64,000 nt of DNA from Syntrophaceae bacterium UBA2251 (GCA_002347815.1 DDXV01000016.1:3909-67908), one strand, 5' to 3'; positions 35,731 through 51,029 are shown, numbered from the stretch's first letter. The notes: generated by a model from the sequence alone, not told the origin. Program-made: numbers and translations.

Positions 35731-37401
35731 CTAAACGATTCCCGAGATATTTCCCGCGTCGTCGATATCGATGTGATACGCGGCCGGCGTTTTCGACAGA
35801 CCCGGCATGCGGAGGATCTCGCCGGTAATGGGGATCAGGAACCCCGCCCCGGAGGCGATCTTGATTTCCCGCACGGTGACGATGAAGTCCCGCGGCATGC
35901 CGAGGAGGCCCGGGTTGTCCGACAGGGACTGCTGGGTCTTGGCGATGCAGACGGGCAGCTTGTCGAAGCCGAACTTGCGGATGAGTTCCAGGTTGCGCTT
36001 GGCCAGCGGCCGGTAGTCGATGGACACCGCGCCGTAGATCTCGCTGGCGACCGTGAAGATCTTGTCCTCCACCGGCTGCTCCCAGTCATACAGGGTGCGG
36101 AACCGCCCGGTCGCCCCCGCGATGAGCCGGACCGTCTTTTCCGCGAGTTCCAGGCCGCCCTCGCCGCCCAGCCGGAAGATGTCCGCCGGCGCGATATTCA
36201 TCCCCTCGCGCTCCGCGGCGTCCACCACCGCCCGGATCTCCTCGTCCGTGTCGGACGGAAACCGGTTCAGGGCGATGATGCAGGGAACGTTGAATTTGTC
36301 GATATTTCCGTAATGCTTCCTCAAATTCGCCATGCCCAGGACCGCCGCGCGGGCATTGGGGACATTCAAATCTTCGCGTGCCACGCCGGCGTGGTACTTG
36401 AGGGCGCGCACCGTGGCCACCAGGACGACGATCCGGGGATTGAGATCACCGTAGGGCGCCACGATGTCGAAGAACTTCTCCGCGCCCAGGTCGAAGCCGA
36501 AGCCCGCTTCCGTCACCACGTAATCCGCCAGGCGGAGCGCGAGATCGGTGCCCATGATGCTGTTGGTCCCCTGGGCGATGTTGGCGAAGGGCCCGCCATG
36601 AATGATGGCCGGCACCCCTTCCGTCGTCTGCACCAGGTTGGGAAGCAGGGCGTACTTCAGCAGGGCCGTGACCGCGCCTTCGACCTTGAGGTCGCCCGCG
36701 ATGACGGGCTTGTCGTCATAGGTGAAGCCCACCAGAATCTTGCGGATCTTGTCCTTCAATTCCGCGTAGGACCTCGACAGGCAGAGGATGGCCATGATTT
36801 CGCTCGACGGGACGATATCGAACCCCGTCTCGCGGGGAACGCCGTTCGTCGATCCCCCGAGGCCGATCACGATGTCCCTGAGCGACCGGTCGTTCATGTC
36901 GACGACGCGGCGCCAGGTGATCTTGCGGGGGTCTATGTTTAAGGGATTGCCGTGGAAGACGGCGTTGTCCACGAGGGCCGACAGGAGGTTGTGCGCGCTT
37001 TCCACCGCCGGGAAGTCGTTGGTGAAGTGGAGGTTGATGTCGTCCACGGGCAGGACGCGGGACAGGCCGCCGCCGGTCGCCCCCCCCTTGATGCCGAACA
37101 CCGGCCCCAGCGACGGCTCCCGGAGCGCCGCGATCGTGGATTTCCCCAGCCGGGCCAGGGCCTGCGCGAGCCCGATCGACACCGTCGTCTTGCCTTCGCC
37201 CGCGGGTGTGGGCGTCATGGCCGAGACGAGGATCAGGTTCGAATCGTCCCGGCGCGGAAAGCGCCGGATTGCCTCGAGGCGGACCTTCGCCTTGTAGCGG
37301 CCGTAATATTCCAGATCCTCTTCCCGAAGGCCGATGACGGACGCGATGTCCCGGATCGGCCGGAGTCGCTGCGGGGCGGATGTTTTTTTCGAAGTTCCCA
37401 T
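35731..37401 (-). CDS. fhs: Formate--tetrahydrofolate ligase
   Basis: LILVSAMTPTPAGEGKTTVSIGLAQAL...PSLGPVFGIKGGATGGG...VHGGPFANIA. It is 556 aa long. Confidence 0.95.
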   Translation of the reverse strand: MGTSKKTSAPQRLRPIRDIASVIGLREEDLEYYGRYKAKVRLEAIRRFPRRDDSNLILVSAMTPTPAGEGKTTVSIGLAQALARLGKSTIAALREPSLGPVFGIKGGATGGGLSRVLPVDDINLHFTNDFPAVESAHNLLSALVDNAVFHGNPLNIDPRKITWRRVVDMNDRSLRDIVIGLGGSTNGVPRETGFDIVPSSEIMAILCLSRSYAELKDKIRKILVGFTYDDKPVIAGDLKVEGAVTALLKYALLPNLVQTTEGVPAIIHGGPFANIAQGTNSIMGTDLALRLADYVVTEAGFGFDLGAEKFFDIVAPYGDLNPRIVVLVATVRALKYHAGVAREDLNVPNARAAVLGMANLRKHYGNIDKFNVPCIIALNRFPSDTDEEIRAVVDAAEREGMNIAPADIFRLGGEGGLELAEKTVRLIAGATGRFRTLYDWEQPVEDKIFTVASEIYGAVSIDYRPLAKRNLELIRKFGFDKLPVCIAKTQQSLSDNPGLLGMPRDFIVTVREIKIASGAGFLIPITGEILRMPGLSKTPAAYHIDIDDAGNISGIV

Positions 37402-37403
37402 GG

Positions 37404-37943
37404 TTATTTGTTGATCACGGCATCGAACCGGATATCGATGTTGTACTCGTCGCTGACGCGGTTGAGGTCGTTTTTCAGTTCGAGGATCTTCACCGCCGGC
37501 GGCACGGAAAAGTAGCAGACCATCTGGAACACGTTGGCGCCCGTCACCGGATTGTTGTCCACGTTGGTCGCGATGTCGTCGATGCTGATCCCGCGCTGCT
37601 GAAACGTCCGGCTGATCTGGTGGATGATGCCCGGGCGGTCGATGGCCGTCGCGATGAGTTTGTAGGGAATCGACGGCAGGACCTCCCGGTGGCTGGGCGC
37701 CTTGGTCTTCCGAACGTAGACGTCCAGCCCCGTCTTCTGGCGGAGCGTGTCCAGATCGCCGATCAGGCGCTCGATATCGTCGGTTTTCCCCGACGTGAGT
37801 ATGATCATGCCGAACTCCCCCCCCAGGACGCAGCCGCGCGCGCGCTCGATATTGATGCCGCGCGCCGTGAAGAATTCCGCGAACTCCTTGGCCAGACCGG
37901 GGCGGTCGGGCCCCATGGATGAAAAGACGACGTAGGATCTCAT
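37404..37943 (-). CDS. Tandem ACT-domain protein (GcvR-like)
   Basis: VVFSSMGPDRPGLAKEFAEFFTARGINI and a second repeat LIATAIDRPGIIHQISRTFQQRGISI. Its stop is 2 nt before the fhs start. Confidence 0.7.
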   Translation of the reverse strand: MRSYVVFSSMGPDRPGLAKEFAEFFTARGINIERARGCVLGGEFGMIILTSGKTDDIERLIGDLDTLRQKTGLDVYVRKTKAPSHREVLPSIPYKLIATAIDRPGIIHQISRTFQQRGISIDDIATNVDNNPVTGANVFQMVCYFSVPPAVKILELKNDLNRVSDEYNIDIRFDAVINK

Positions 37944-38071
37944 GGCATCACCCCCCTGAATTTCCCGTTAGGACATCCCCCTTTGTGTTTGCGCTCTCTC
38001 CCCTATCCTTCGTTCCGGGACATTTTTCAAGCGAAAAGTACGTGCGGCGGCGCGAAGGGCGTCAATCCGGT

Positions 38072-38100
38072 TTGACAAAACCCCTCCCGATGCGTATAAA
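38072..38100 (+). promoter_or_regulatory. Strong sigma70-type promoter for the FeS/cytochrome b pair
   Basis: TTGACA (38072-38077), N17, TATAAA (38095-38100). It lies ~110 nt upstream of the ATG at 38211. Confidence 0.6.
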
Positions 38101-38210
38101 TCCCCCGAGAGGGGGGTGGCTGGAATTCGACGCCGATCAGGACCTCATCCGTCATCGGCGGCGGCGCGGTCCTGATCCGCCGCTGCTTCATTCGAGAAAA
38201 GGAGGGCAGC

Positions 38211-39206
38211 ATGAAGGCATCCTTGAAACTCAACCGCCGGGCCTTTCTCACGGCCACGGGCGGGGCGGCCCTGATCGGCGCGGCGAGCGCGCTGGGAGCG
38301 CCCCGAGAGGCGATGGCCTGCCGGGGAAGGCTCGCGACGCTCATCGACCTGACCCGCTGCGACGGCTGCGACGGGCAGGCGATCGCGGCCTGCGTTTCCG
38401 CCTGCAAGACGGCCAAGGCCGGCGACGTTCCGCAACCGGTCGACCCCATCCCCATCCCCTTCCCCAGCCGCAAGGTCGAGGACTGGTCCAGACGACAGGC
38501 GGTGTCGGACCGTCTCACGCCGTACAACCTCATCTACATCCAGAAGGCGGAAGCGGATACGGGCGGCCGGAAGACGACGGTGTTCATCCCTCGGCGGTGC
38601 ATGCACTGCGACAACCCGGCCTGCGCCACCCTCTGCCCTTTTTCCTCCAACCACAAGTTCGAAAACGGAGCGGTCGTCATCGATCCGGATACCTGCTTCG
38701 GCGGCGCCAAGTGCAAGACGGTCTGCCCCTGGGAGATCCCGCAGCGGCAATCCGGGATCGGGATCTACCTCAAGGTCCTGCCGACGCTCATGGGGAACGG
38801 GGTCATGTACAAGTGCGATCTCTGCCAGGACCTTCTCGAGGAAGGAAAAACGCCGGCCTGTATCGCGGCCTGTCCGAGGCAGGCCATGGCCATCGGGCCG
38901 CGGGAGGAGATTTTCGCCCGGGCGGAGGCGATGGCGAAACGGATCGGGGGCCACCTTTACGGCCAGGAGGAAAATGGCGGGACCTCCACCCTCTACGTTT
39001 CCCCCGTGCCCTTCGCCGACCTGAACGCCGCGGTTCAGACCGGTCCCGGCCGGCCCCACCTCCGGCCGGTTGCACGGCGCATGGCGGGCTCGGACGGCCT
39101 GGGCAAGGCCGTCCTCGCGGGTCCGGCCCTGGGCGTGGCGGCGGGCATCGCCGGCGTCTTCGCCGCAATCTCCAGACGCAAAGACCGATCGGGAAAGGAG
39201 GAATAG
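38211..39206 (+). CDS. Tat-exported 4Fe-4S cluster protein, HybA/FdnH (DmsB) family, with C-terminal membrane anchor
   Basis: Twin-arginine signal MKASLKLNRRAFLTATGGAALIGAASALGAP. Ferredoxin motifs include CMHCDNPACATLCP, CFGGAKCKTVCP and CDLCQDLLEEGKTPACIAACP. The C-terminal helix is AVLAGPALGVAAGIAGVFAAI. AAGGAGGG RBS. Confidence 0.85.
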   Translation: MKASLKLNRRAFLTATGGAALIGAASALGAPREAMACRGRLATLIDLTRCDGCDGQAIAACVSACKTAKAGDVPQPVDPIPIPFPSRKVEDWSRRQAVSDRLTPYNLIYIQKAEADTGGRKTTVFIPRRCMHCDNPACATLCPFSSNHKFENGAVVIDPDTCFGGAKCKTVCPWEIPQRQSGIGIYLKVLPTLMGNGVMYKCDLCQDLLEEGKTPACIAACPRQAMAIGPREEIFARAEAMAKRIGGHLYGQEENGGTSTLYVSPVPFADLNAAVQTGPGRPHLRPVARRMAGSDGLGKAVLAGPALGVAAGIAGVFAAISRRKDRSGKEE

Positions 39207-39209
39207 GCC

Positions 39210-40061
39210 ATGTCCCAGGATATCCGTGAAGCGGAAAACCGCGTGTTCCGGCACTCCGGACTCGAAATGGCCGAGCACTGGGCGATCGCGCTCTCCGGGC
39301 TCGTCCTCCTGATGTCGGGCATGTTCGAGCTCCCGATGGCGGCGCGCTACCGGATCACCGCCCTTCCCGGCTTCGCCTGGTCGGGGGATTTCATTGCCTC
39401 CCTCTACGTCCACTATGCCGCCTCGCTGGTCTTCGCCGCCGCCGCGTGTTTTCACCTGGTCTACCACGGCCTCCGGGGCGATCTCGGCCTCCTGCCGAAG
39501 CAGGGGGACGTGCGCGCCTCCATCGCCGTGATCAAAACCTTCTTCGGCAAGGGGAAGGAGCCGCCCTTCGGGAAATACCTCCCCGAACAGCGCCTCGCCT
39601 ATCTCGGGATGGCCGTGACCATCGCCGTCCTGATCCTCTCCGGCCTGGTCAAGACCTACAAGAACGTCTTCGCGCCCGACCTCGACTACACGCTCGTCCT
39701 CTGGGCAACGTGGCTGCATAACGCCTTCTTCGTCCTGTTCATCCTGGCCTTTGTCGCGCACATCGGGGCGCTGCTGCTGCGTCCGAACTGGCCGATGATC
39801 CGGGGGATCTTCACGGGAACCGTGCGCCTGGACTACGCCCGGCACCGCCATCCGCTCTGGATCGCAACGCTGGAACCGCCGCCCGCCCCGCCCGAAGCGG
39901 CGGCGGAACGGGCCGTGCCCGCACCTGTTCCGCCGGAAGCGGCCCCGGAGACGACACCGGAAACCGTCGCCGCCGAAACCGAAGCGGACCTTCCGCAGAC
40001 CCCTCCGGAGGGAGAGGCTACATCCCCGGCGGACGAACCGGACGGCGCCGCGCGGACCTGA
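39210..40061 (+). CDS. Di-haem cytochrome b membrane subunit (FdnI / Ni-Fe hydrogenase b-type cytochrome family) with Pro/Ala/Glu-rich tail
   Basis: RHSGLEMAEHWAIALSGLVLLMSG, HYAASLVFAAAACFHLVYHG and WLHNAFFVLFILAFVAHIGALL show four TM helices with conserved His. It begins 3 nt after the FeS gene. Confidence 0.8.
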   Translation: MSQDIREAENRVFRHSGLEMAEHWAIALSGLVLLMSGMFELPMAARYRITALPGFAWSGDFIASLYVHYAASLVFAAAACFHLVYHGLRGDLGLLPKQGDVRASIAVIKTFFGKGKEPPFGKYLPEQRLAYLGMAVTIAVLILSGLVKTYKNVFAPDLDYTLVLWATWLHNAFFVLFILAFVAHIGALLLRPNWPMIRGIFTGTVRLDYARHRHPLWIATLEPPPAPPEAAAERAVPAPVPPEAAPETTPETVAAETEADLPQTPPEGEATSPADEPDGAART

Positions 40062-40134
40062 CGCGCCGCGCCCGGGATTTTCATCGGCGAGGAGCGACGG
40101 ACCCTCGTTCCTCCTTCCGAGTCGCCATCCGCCT

Positions 40135-40677
40135 TCAGGTCAAGTCTTTCAGGTACGGTTTGAACAGCCAGTGGATCAAAGAGATGAGGCCGATACTCAG
40201 GACAACGGCGACGAGCACATGGAGGGAAATGCCGGTCATCGCCACACCGAGGGCGGTGCCGGCGGCCGGGGGATGTTCCGTATCCGTGACGACCATCGTA
40301 AAGATGGAAGCCCCGACGGCAAGAGAGTAAATCAGGATGGACGAGAACAGGAACGGGTGGGGGATCAGGGAAAACAGGAATCCGGAGAACAGGCCGACCA
40401 CATGCCCCCCGATGACATTTCGCGCCTGGGCGGTCACATAATCGGGCATCGCGAACACGATGAACGCCGAAGCGCCGATGGAGGCGATGATGACCGCATG
40501 CTGGAGGCTCAGAAAATAAAGGACAACAAACACGGACAACGTCGCCAGAAGGCTTTGCAGCACGTAATGCTTCCAGTATCGCCTGAATTCCCCGTCAATT
40601 TTGATCAGTGCCTTTCGCAAGCGACCCCCTGCTTCCGGTGAGTGCGCGTTGACCCGGCAAAGCGGGACTCCGGCCAT
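40135..40677 (-). CDS. HPP-family integral membrane protein
   Basis: IIASIGASAFIVFAMP...VVTDTEHPPAAGTALGV contains the HPP motif. The ATG at 40677 was chosen. The ORF is open to a GTG at 40770, so the start is uncertain. Confidence 0.7.
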   Translation of the reverse strand: MAGVPLCRVNAHSPEAGGRLRKALIKIDGEFRRYWKHYVLQSLLATLSVFVVLYFLSLQHAVIIASIGASAFIVFAMPDYVTAQARNVIGGHVVGLFSGFLFSLIPHPFLFSSILIYSLAVGASIFTMVVTDTEHPPAAGTALGVAMTGISLHVLVAVVLSIGLISLIHWLFKPYLKDLT

Positions 40678-40882
40678 CCCTCGGGACTTCCCCTTACGGA
40701 GCCCGTTCCGCGGCGGCGGCCGGACACGGCGGCCGGCAACGGTACCCTTCTTGCATATTTCTCGAATCACATCAACAAAAGACTTCGGGAAGGCTCCTGA
40801 CGTTCAATATCGGCAGATTCCGACGTTGCTTTACGCGGGGCTTTCTGATAAAAAGCCCGCATCACGTGACACGGGAACCGCC

Positions 40883-43861
40883 ATGCTCAACCGCATTGAA
40901 ATCGGGTTTCGGGAAGGGATCCGGGACGCCCTGGGCGAAAAGATCCGGCGACGGATCGTCGAACACTTGGGTCTGGCCGTGGATCGGGTCCGGACGGTGG
41001 ACGTTTACACCGTCGAGGGCGATCTCGCGACGGCGGAGCTGGAGGCGGCGGCCGCGGGGCCGCTCTCCGATCCGATCATCCAGACCTGGAGCGTCAATCG
41101 CGCCCTCGCCGACCGGTTCGACTGGCTCGTCGAGGTGGGCTTCCGCCCCGGCGTCACGGACAACGTCGGCAAGACGGCGGGCGAGGCCATCCGTCTCCTC
41201 CTCGGTCGCGCAGACGCCGCTTCCGTAAGGGTCTACACCTCGCGGCAGTACATCCTGAACGGCCCGCTCGGCCGGGCGGAGGCCGAACGGATCGCCGCGG
41301 ACCTTCTCGCCAACGACCTCATCGAACGATGCGAACTCATTGACGGGAAGGCATGGAATCCCGCCCGTGGCGTCGCCCCCTGCGCCCCGAAGGTCGCGGG
41401 CGAAGACCGCCCTCGAGTGGAGGAAGTCGACCTCGACGTCGACGATGCGGCGCTTCTCGAGATCAGCGGCGCCCGCGTGCTCGCCCTGAACCTGGAAGAG
41501 ATGCGCAAGCTCCGCGACCACCTGAAAGATCCGGGCGTCCTTCGAGAACGGGCCCGCGTCGGACTGGGCGCCCGGATGACCGACGCGGAGCTGGAGTGCC
41601 TCGCGCAGACCTGGTCGGAGCACTGCAAGCACAAGATCTTCAACGCCCGGATCGCCTACGACGACGGAACGGGCCGCGTCCGCGTCATCGATTCCCTCTT
41701 CGACACGTACATCAAGGGGGCAACCCGCGCCGTCCGGGCGCGGATGGGCGAAAACGACTGGTGCCTGTCGGTCTTCGTCGACAACGCCGGCGTCATCCGG
41801 TTCGACGAGAACTGGAACCTCGTCTTCAAGGTGGAGACCCACAACTCCCCGTCCGCGCTGGACCCCTACGGCGGGGCGCTCACCGGCATCGTCGGCGTCA
41901 ACCGCGATCCGTTCGGCACGGGCCGCGGGGCGAAACTGATCTTCAACACGGACGTCTTCTGCTTCGCGTCTCCGGATTACGCGCAGACCCTGCCACCCCG
42001 GATCCTGCACCCGCGCCGGATCTACGAAGGCGTCCGCGAGGGCGTGGAGCACGGGGGCAACAAGAGCGGCATCCCCACGGTGAACGGCTGCCTCGTCTTC
42101 GACGACCGCTATCTCGGCAAGCCCCTGGTCTACTGCGGCACCGGCGCGGTCATGCCCGCCCGGCTCGACGGACAGCCGACCCATGTCAAGGAGATCCTCC
42201 CCGGCGACCGGATCGTCATGACCGGCGGCCGGATCGGCAAGGACGGCATCCACGGGGCGACCTTTTCCTCCGAGGAACTGCACGAGGGCTCCCCGGTCAC
42301 GGCCGTCCAGATCGGCGACCCGATCACCCAGAAGAAGATGACCGACTTCCTCCTCGTCGCCCGGGACCGCAACCTCTACCGCTGCCTGACGGACAACGGC
42401 GCAGGCGGGCTCTCCTCCTCCGTGGGCGAGACGGCCCGGCTCGCCGGCGGCTGCGACCTGGACCTCGCGAAGGCGCCCTTGAAGTACGCCGGCCTCGACC
42501 CCTGGGAGATCCTCATCTCGGAATCCCAGGAGCGGATGACCGTCGCGGTGCCTCCGGAGAAGCTCGGCGCCTTCCTGGCCCTGGCCGCGAAGATGGACGT
42601 GGAGGCCACCGACCTGGGGCGCTACACCGATTCGGGCCGGTTCCACATCCGGCACGGCGAGAAGACCGTGGCGTCCCTCGACATGGACTTCCTCCACGAC
42701 GGCGTCCCGCAGCTCAAGCTCTCGGCCCGTTGGACGCCGCCGGACCACGCGGAGCCGGACTTCCCGGAGCCCGCGGACCTGGGGCCGGCCCTGAAGGCGA
42801 TACTCGCGCGGCTCAACATCTGCAGCAAGGAGTCCGTCGTCCGCCAGTACGACCACGAGGTCCAGGGGGGGAGCGTCGTCAAGCCCCTGGTCGGCGCCGC
42901 GAACGACGGCCCGTCGGACGCCGCCATGATCCGGCCCTTCCTCGACAGCTTCGCGGGCGTGGTCGTGGCCAACGGGATCTGCCCCCGCTACAGCGATCTG
43001 GACGCCTACCACATGGCGGCGGCGGCCATCGACGAGGCGGTCCGCAACGCGGTTGCCGTGGGAGGAACGCTGGACCACCTGGCGGGCCTCGACAACTTCT
43101 GCTGGTGCGACCCGGTGGAATCCGAAAAGACGCCGGACGGCGCCTACAAGCTCGCCCAGCTCGTCCGGGCGAACGAGGCCCTTTACGACGTGACGACCTG
43201 CTACGGCGTGCCGTGCATCTCCGGCAAGGACAGCATGAAGAACGACTATGCCATCGGCGACACGAAGATCTCGATCCCGCCGACCCTGCTCTTCTCCGTC
43301 TTCGGGCGGATCGACGACGTCCGCCGGGCCGTGACGATGGACGCCAAGAAACCGGGCGACCTTGTTTATATCCTGGGAATGACCTACGATGAGCTTGGCG
43401 GATCGGAGTGGTACGCCCTGAACGGCTTTGTCGGAAACACCGTCCCCCGGGTTCGTCCGGAGACGGCCAAGGCCCGCTACGACGCCCTGGCCCGGACCAT
43501 CCGCCTGGGCCTCGTCGCCTCGTGCCACGACTGCGCGGACGGCGGTCTGGGCGTCGCCCTGGCCGAGACGGCGTTTGCCGGGGGACTGGGAATGGACGTC
43601 GATCTCGCGAAAGTCCCGGCGGAGGCCATCGGGCGGAACGACGCCCTGATCTTCTCGGAGACGCCAAGCCGGTTCGTCGTGACGGTCTCCCCGGACCGGG
43701 AGGCGGCCTTCCTCGAACCGTTCCGGGGGCAGACCGCCGCCCGTATCGGCACGGTCACGGCGGACGGGCATCTCCGCCTGCGGGGTCTGCGGGGGGAGGC
43801 CCTCCTGAGCGAGACGATCGGCGTCCTCAAGGCCGCCTGGCAGCGCCCGTTGAATTTCTGA
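40883..43861 (+). CDS. purL: Phosphoribosylformylglycinamidine synthase subunit PurL with two N-terminal PurS-like repeats (992 aa)
   Basis: The core contains AQTWSEHCKHKIFNA, ETHNSPSALDPYGGALTGIVGVNRD and GGNKSGIPTVNG. The N-terminal ~215 aa contain two PurS-like units (IEIGFREGIRDALGEKIRRRI... and LVEVGFRPGVTDNVGKTAGEAIRLL...). The track ORF start at 40601 is an unsupported extension. Confidence 0.9.
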   Translation: MLNRIEIGFREGIRDALGEKIRRRIVEHLGLAVDRVRTVDVYTVEGDLATAELEAAAAGPLSDPIIQTWSVNRALADRFDWLVEVGFRPGVTDNVGKTAGEAIRLLLGRADAASVRVYTSRQYILNGPLGRAEAERIAADLLANDLIERCELIDGKAWNPARGVAPCAPKVAGEDRPRVEEVDLDVDDAALLEISGARVLALNLEEMRKLRDHLKDPGVLRERARVGLGARMTDAELECLAQTWSEHCKHKIFNARIAYDDGTGRVRVIDSLFDTYIKGATRAVRARMGENDWCLSVFVDNAGVIRFDENWNLVFKVETHNSPSALDPYGGALTGIVGVNRDPFGTGRGAKLIFNTDVFCFASPDYAQTLPPRILHPRRIYEGVREGVEHGGNKSGIPTVNGCLVFDDRYLGKPLVYCGTGAVMPARLDGQPTHVKEILPGDRIVMTGGRIGKDGIHGATFSSEELHEGSPVTAVQIGDPITQKKMTDFLLVARDRNLYRCLTDNGAGGLSSSVGETARLAGGCDLDLAKAPLKYAGLDPWEILISESQERMTVAVPPEKLGAFLALAAKMDVEATDLGRYTDSGRFHIRHGEKTVASLDMDFLHDGVPQLKLSARWTPPDHAEPDFPEPADLGPALKAILARLNICSKESVVRQYDHEVQGGSVVKPLVGAANDGPSDAAMIRPFLDSFAGVVVANGICPRYSDLDAYHMAAAAIDEAVRNAVAVGGTLDHLAGLDNFCWCDPVESEKTPDGAYKLAQLVRANEALYDVTTCYGVPCISGKDSMKNDYAIGDTKISIPPTLLFSVFGRIDDVRRAVTMDAKKPGDLVYILGMTYDELGGSEWYALNGFVGNTVPRVRPETAKARYDALARTIRLGLVASCHDCADGGLGVALAETAFAGGLGMDVDLAKVPAEAIGRNDALIFSETPSRFVVTVSPDREAAFLEPFRGQTAARIGTVTADGHLRLRGLRGEALLSETIGVLKAAWQRPLNF

Positions 43862-43960
43862 AGGGGCGCCCCGCGGCAGGGCGGAACAGGATCGAAAGAG
43901 GTCCGACGCGCGAAGGGAGCGCGATTCCCAAGGGTCTCAAAGGGTGGAGAAGCAAGCGAT

Positions 43961-44809
43961 ATGGCCCCAACGGTCAAATGCATCGTCCTTACCGGCAACG
44001 GCACCAACTGTGAGATGGAGATGGCCCACGCCTGCCGTCTCGCCGGCGCCGAGGTGGTGGAGATCGTCCACCTGAGCGAACTCCTCTGCGGGGAGAAGCG
44101 CCTGGAGGACTATCATTTTCTGAATCTGCCGGGAGGATTCCTGGACGGGGACGACCTGGGTTCGGCCAAGGCCGGGGCCAACCGGATCCTGCATGCAAAA
44201 ACCCGCGGTCGCGAAGCGGGAGCCACGAGCACCGAGGCGCGGCTCTACGATCAGTTCTCCCGCTTCATCGAGGACGGGAAGTTGATCCTGGGGGTCTGCA
44301 ACGGCTTTCAGCTCCTCGTCAAGCTCGGGGTGCTCCCCGCCTTCGACGCGATGGAGCGGGCCCAGACCGTCACGCTGACGTACAACGATTCCGGGCGGTT
44401 TGAGGATCGCTGGGTCCATCTCAAGGTCGATCCCGCCTCCCCCTGCGTCTATACGGAAGGTCTGACCGGCCTTTACCTCCCCGTCCGCCACGGGGAAGGG
44501 AAGTTCATCCCCGGAAGCGCGGAGGTTCTGGCGAGGCTTCACCGGGAGCACTGCATTGCGCTACAGTACAGCACGGCCGACACCGCCGCCGCCACGCTCG
44601 ACTACCCCGCCAACCCCAACGGTTCAGTCGACGCCGTCGCCGGCATCTGCAGCGCCTCGGGCCGCATCTTCGGTCTGATGCCCCACCCCGAGGCCTACCT
44701 CCACCGCACGAACCACCCCCGCTGGACCCGGGAAGATCTGCCGGAAACGGGGATGGGACTCGCCCTGTTCCGGAACGCCGTCTCGTTCATCAAACGTCAA
44801 CGCTTGTAG
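43961..44809 (+). CDS. purQ: Phosphoribosylformylglycinamidine synthase glutaminase subunit PurQ
   Basis: KCIVLTGNGTNCEMEMAHA...LILGVCNGFQLLVKLGVLP...GLMPHPE is a class-I GATase Cys/His triad context. Confidence 0.9.
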   Translation: MAPTVKCIVLTGNGTNCEMEMAHACRLAGAEVVEIVHLSELLCGEKRLEDYHFLNLPGGFLDGDDLGSAKAGANRILHAKTRGREAGATSTEARLYDQFSRFIEDGKLILGVCNGFQLLVKLGVLPAFDAMERAQTVTLTYNDSGRFEDRWVHLKVDPASPCVYTEGLTGLYLPVRHGEGKFIPGSAEVLARLHREHCIALQYSTADTAAATLDYPANPNGSVDAVAGICSASGRIFGLMPHPEAYLHRTNHPRWTREDLPETGMGLALFRNAVSFIKRQRL

Positions 44810-44861
44810 GCCGGCACGCAGCGCCCCCAAACGAAACCGAAGCCCCCGGGAGGGAAGACCC

Positions 44862-45278
44862 ATGGCCGAACGCACCGTGTATATGACCAGCTTCGATATG
44901 GAGCGGCTCGAGAGCCTCATTCAGACCCACCGCTCGTCGTCGCCGAAGCGGAAAGCACGGATCGACCGGCTGGAGAAGGAACTCGACCGGGCCGTGATCG
45001 TCGATCCGAAGGACATCCCGGCCGACGTGGTCACGATGAATACCAAACTGCGCCTGCGGGACGAAACCTCCGGGGAAGAAATGGTCCTGTCGCTGGTCTT
45101 TCCCGCGGACGCCGACCTGGAGAAGAACCGGATCTCCGTGCTCGCCCCGATCGGCACGGCGCTCTTGGGCTATCGGGTGGGCGACGTCATCGAATGGGAG
45201 GTCCCGTCGGGGACGAAGACCTTCCGGATCACCGAGACCCTCTACCAGCCGGAGGCCTCCGGCCACTACGACGTATAG
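44862..45278 (+). CDS. rnk: GreA/GreB-family regulator of nucleoside diphosphate kinase (Rnk-like)
   Basis: VVTMNTKLRLRDETSGEEMVLSLVFPADADLEKNRISVLAPIGTALLGYRVGDVIEW; 138 aa. Confidence 0.8.
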   Translation: MAERTVYMTSFDMERLESLIQTHRSSSPKRKARIDRLEKELDRAVIVDPKDIPADVVTMNTKLRLRDETSGEEMVLSLVFPADADLEKNRISVLAPIGTALLGYRVGDVIEWEVPSGTKTFRITETLYQPEASGHYDV

Positions 45279-45342
45279 CCGATGGATCTGGATTGTCCCC
45301 CCGCCCGGGCGAGACAGGCCGATGCGGCGGTGGACGGACGGA

Positions 45343-50768
<5,426 letters not shown>

Positions 50769-51029
50769 CGCGAGTCCCTCCGTCCTTTCATTTCCGGCCG
50801 CTTTGCGGAACACGGCCGTCAGCGAATCTTTGGATCCAGCAAAGCAAGACACGTACCACTCGCACACGCAAACCCGCCGTGACGGGCGGCGCGGCCGGAG
50901 GTGGAGCGCCCCTTGCGGCCACCGTTTCGTGGCCCTGTCTTGAAAGCGGGAAATCAAGGCCGGAGGCGGGGTGTGCCCGAAACGAAATTGTCCCTCCCGG
51001 GACGGGCACGACAAAAATGTATCCCCCCT

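Noticed and set aside
38101-38210. A Moco riboswitch in the leader of the FeS/cytochrome b genes.
   Set aside because: The leader is structured, but I cannot match it to the Moco motif consensus from memory. It is reported only as a structured leader.
40771-40882. A possible purine or ZTP riboswitch upstream of purL (hairpin GCGGGGCTTT...AAAGCCCGC).
   Set aside because: I could not find the conserved cores of the purine or ZTP (pfl) motifs. There is only a single generic hairpin.
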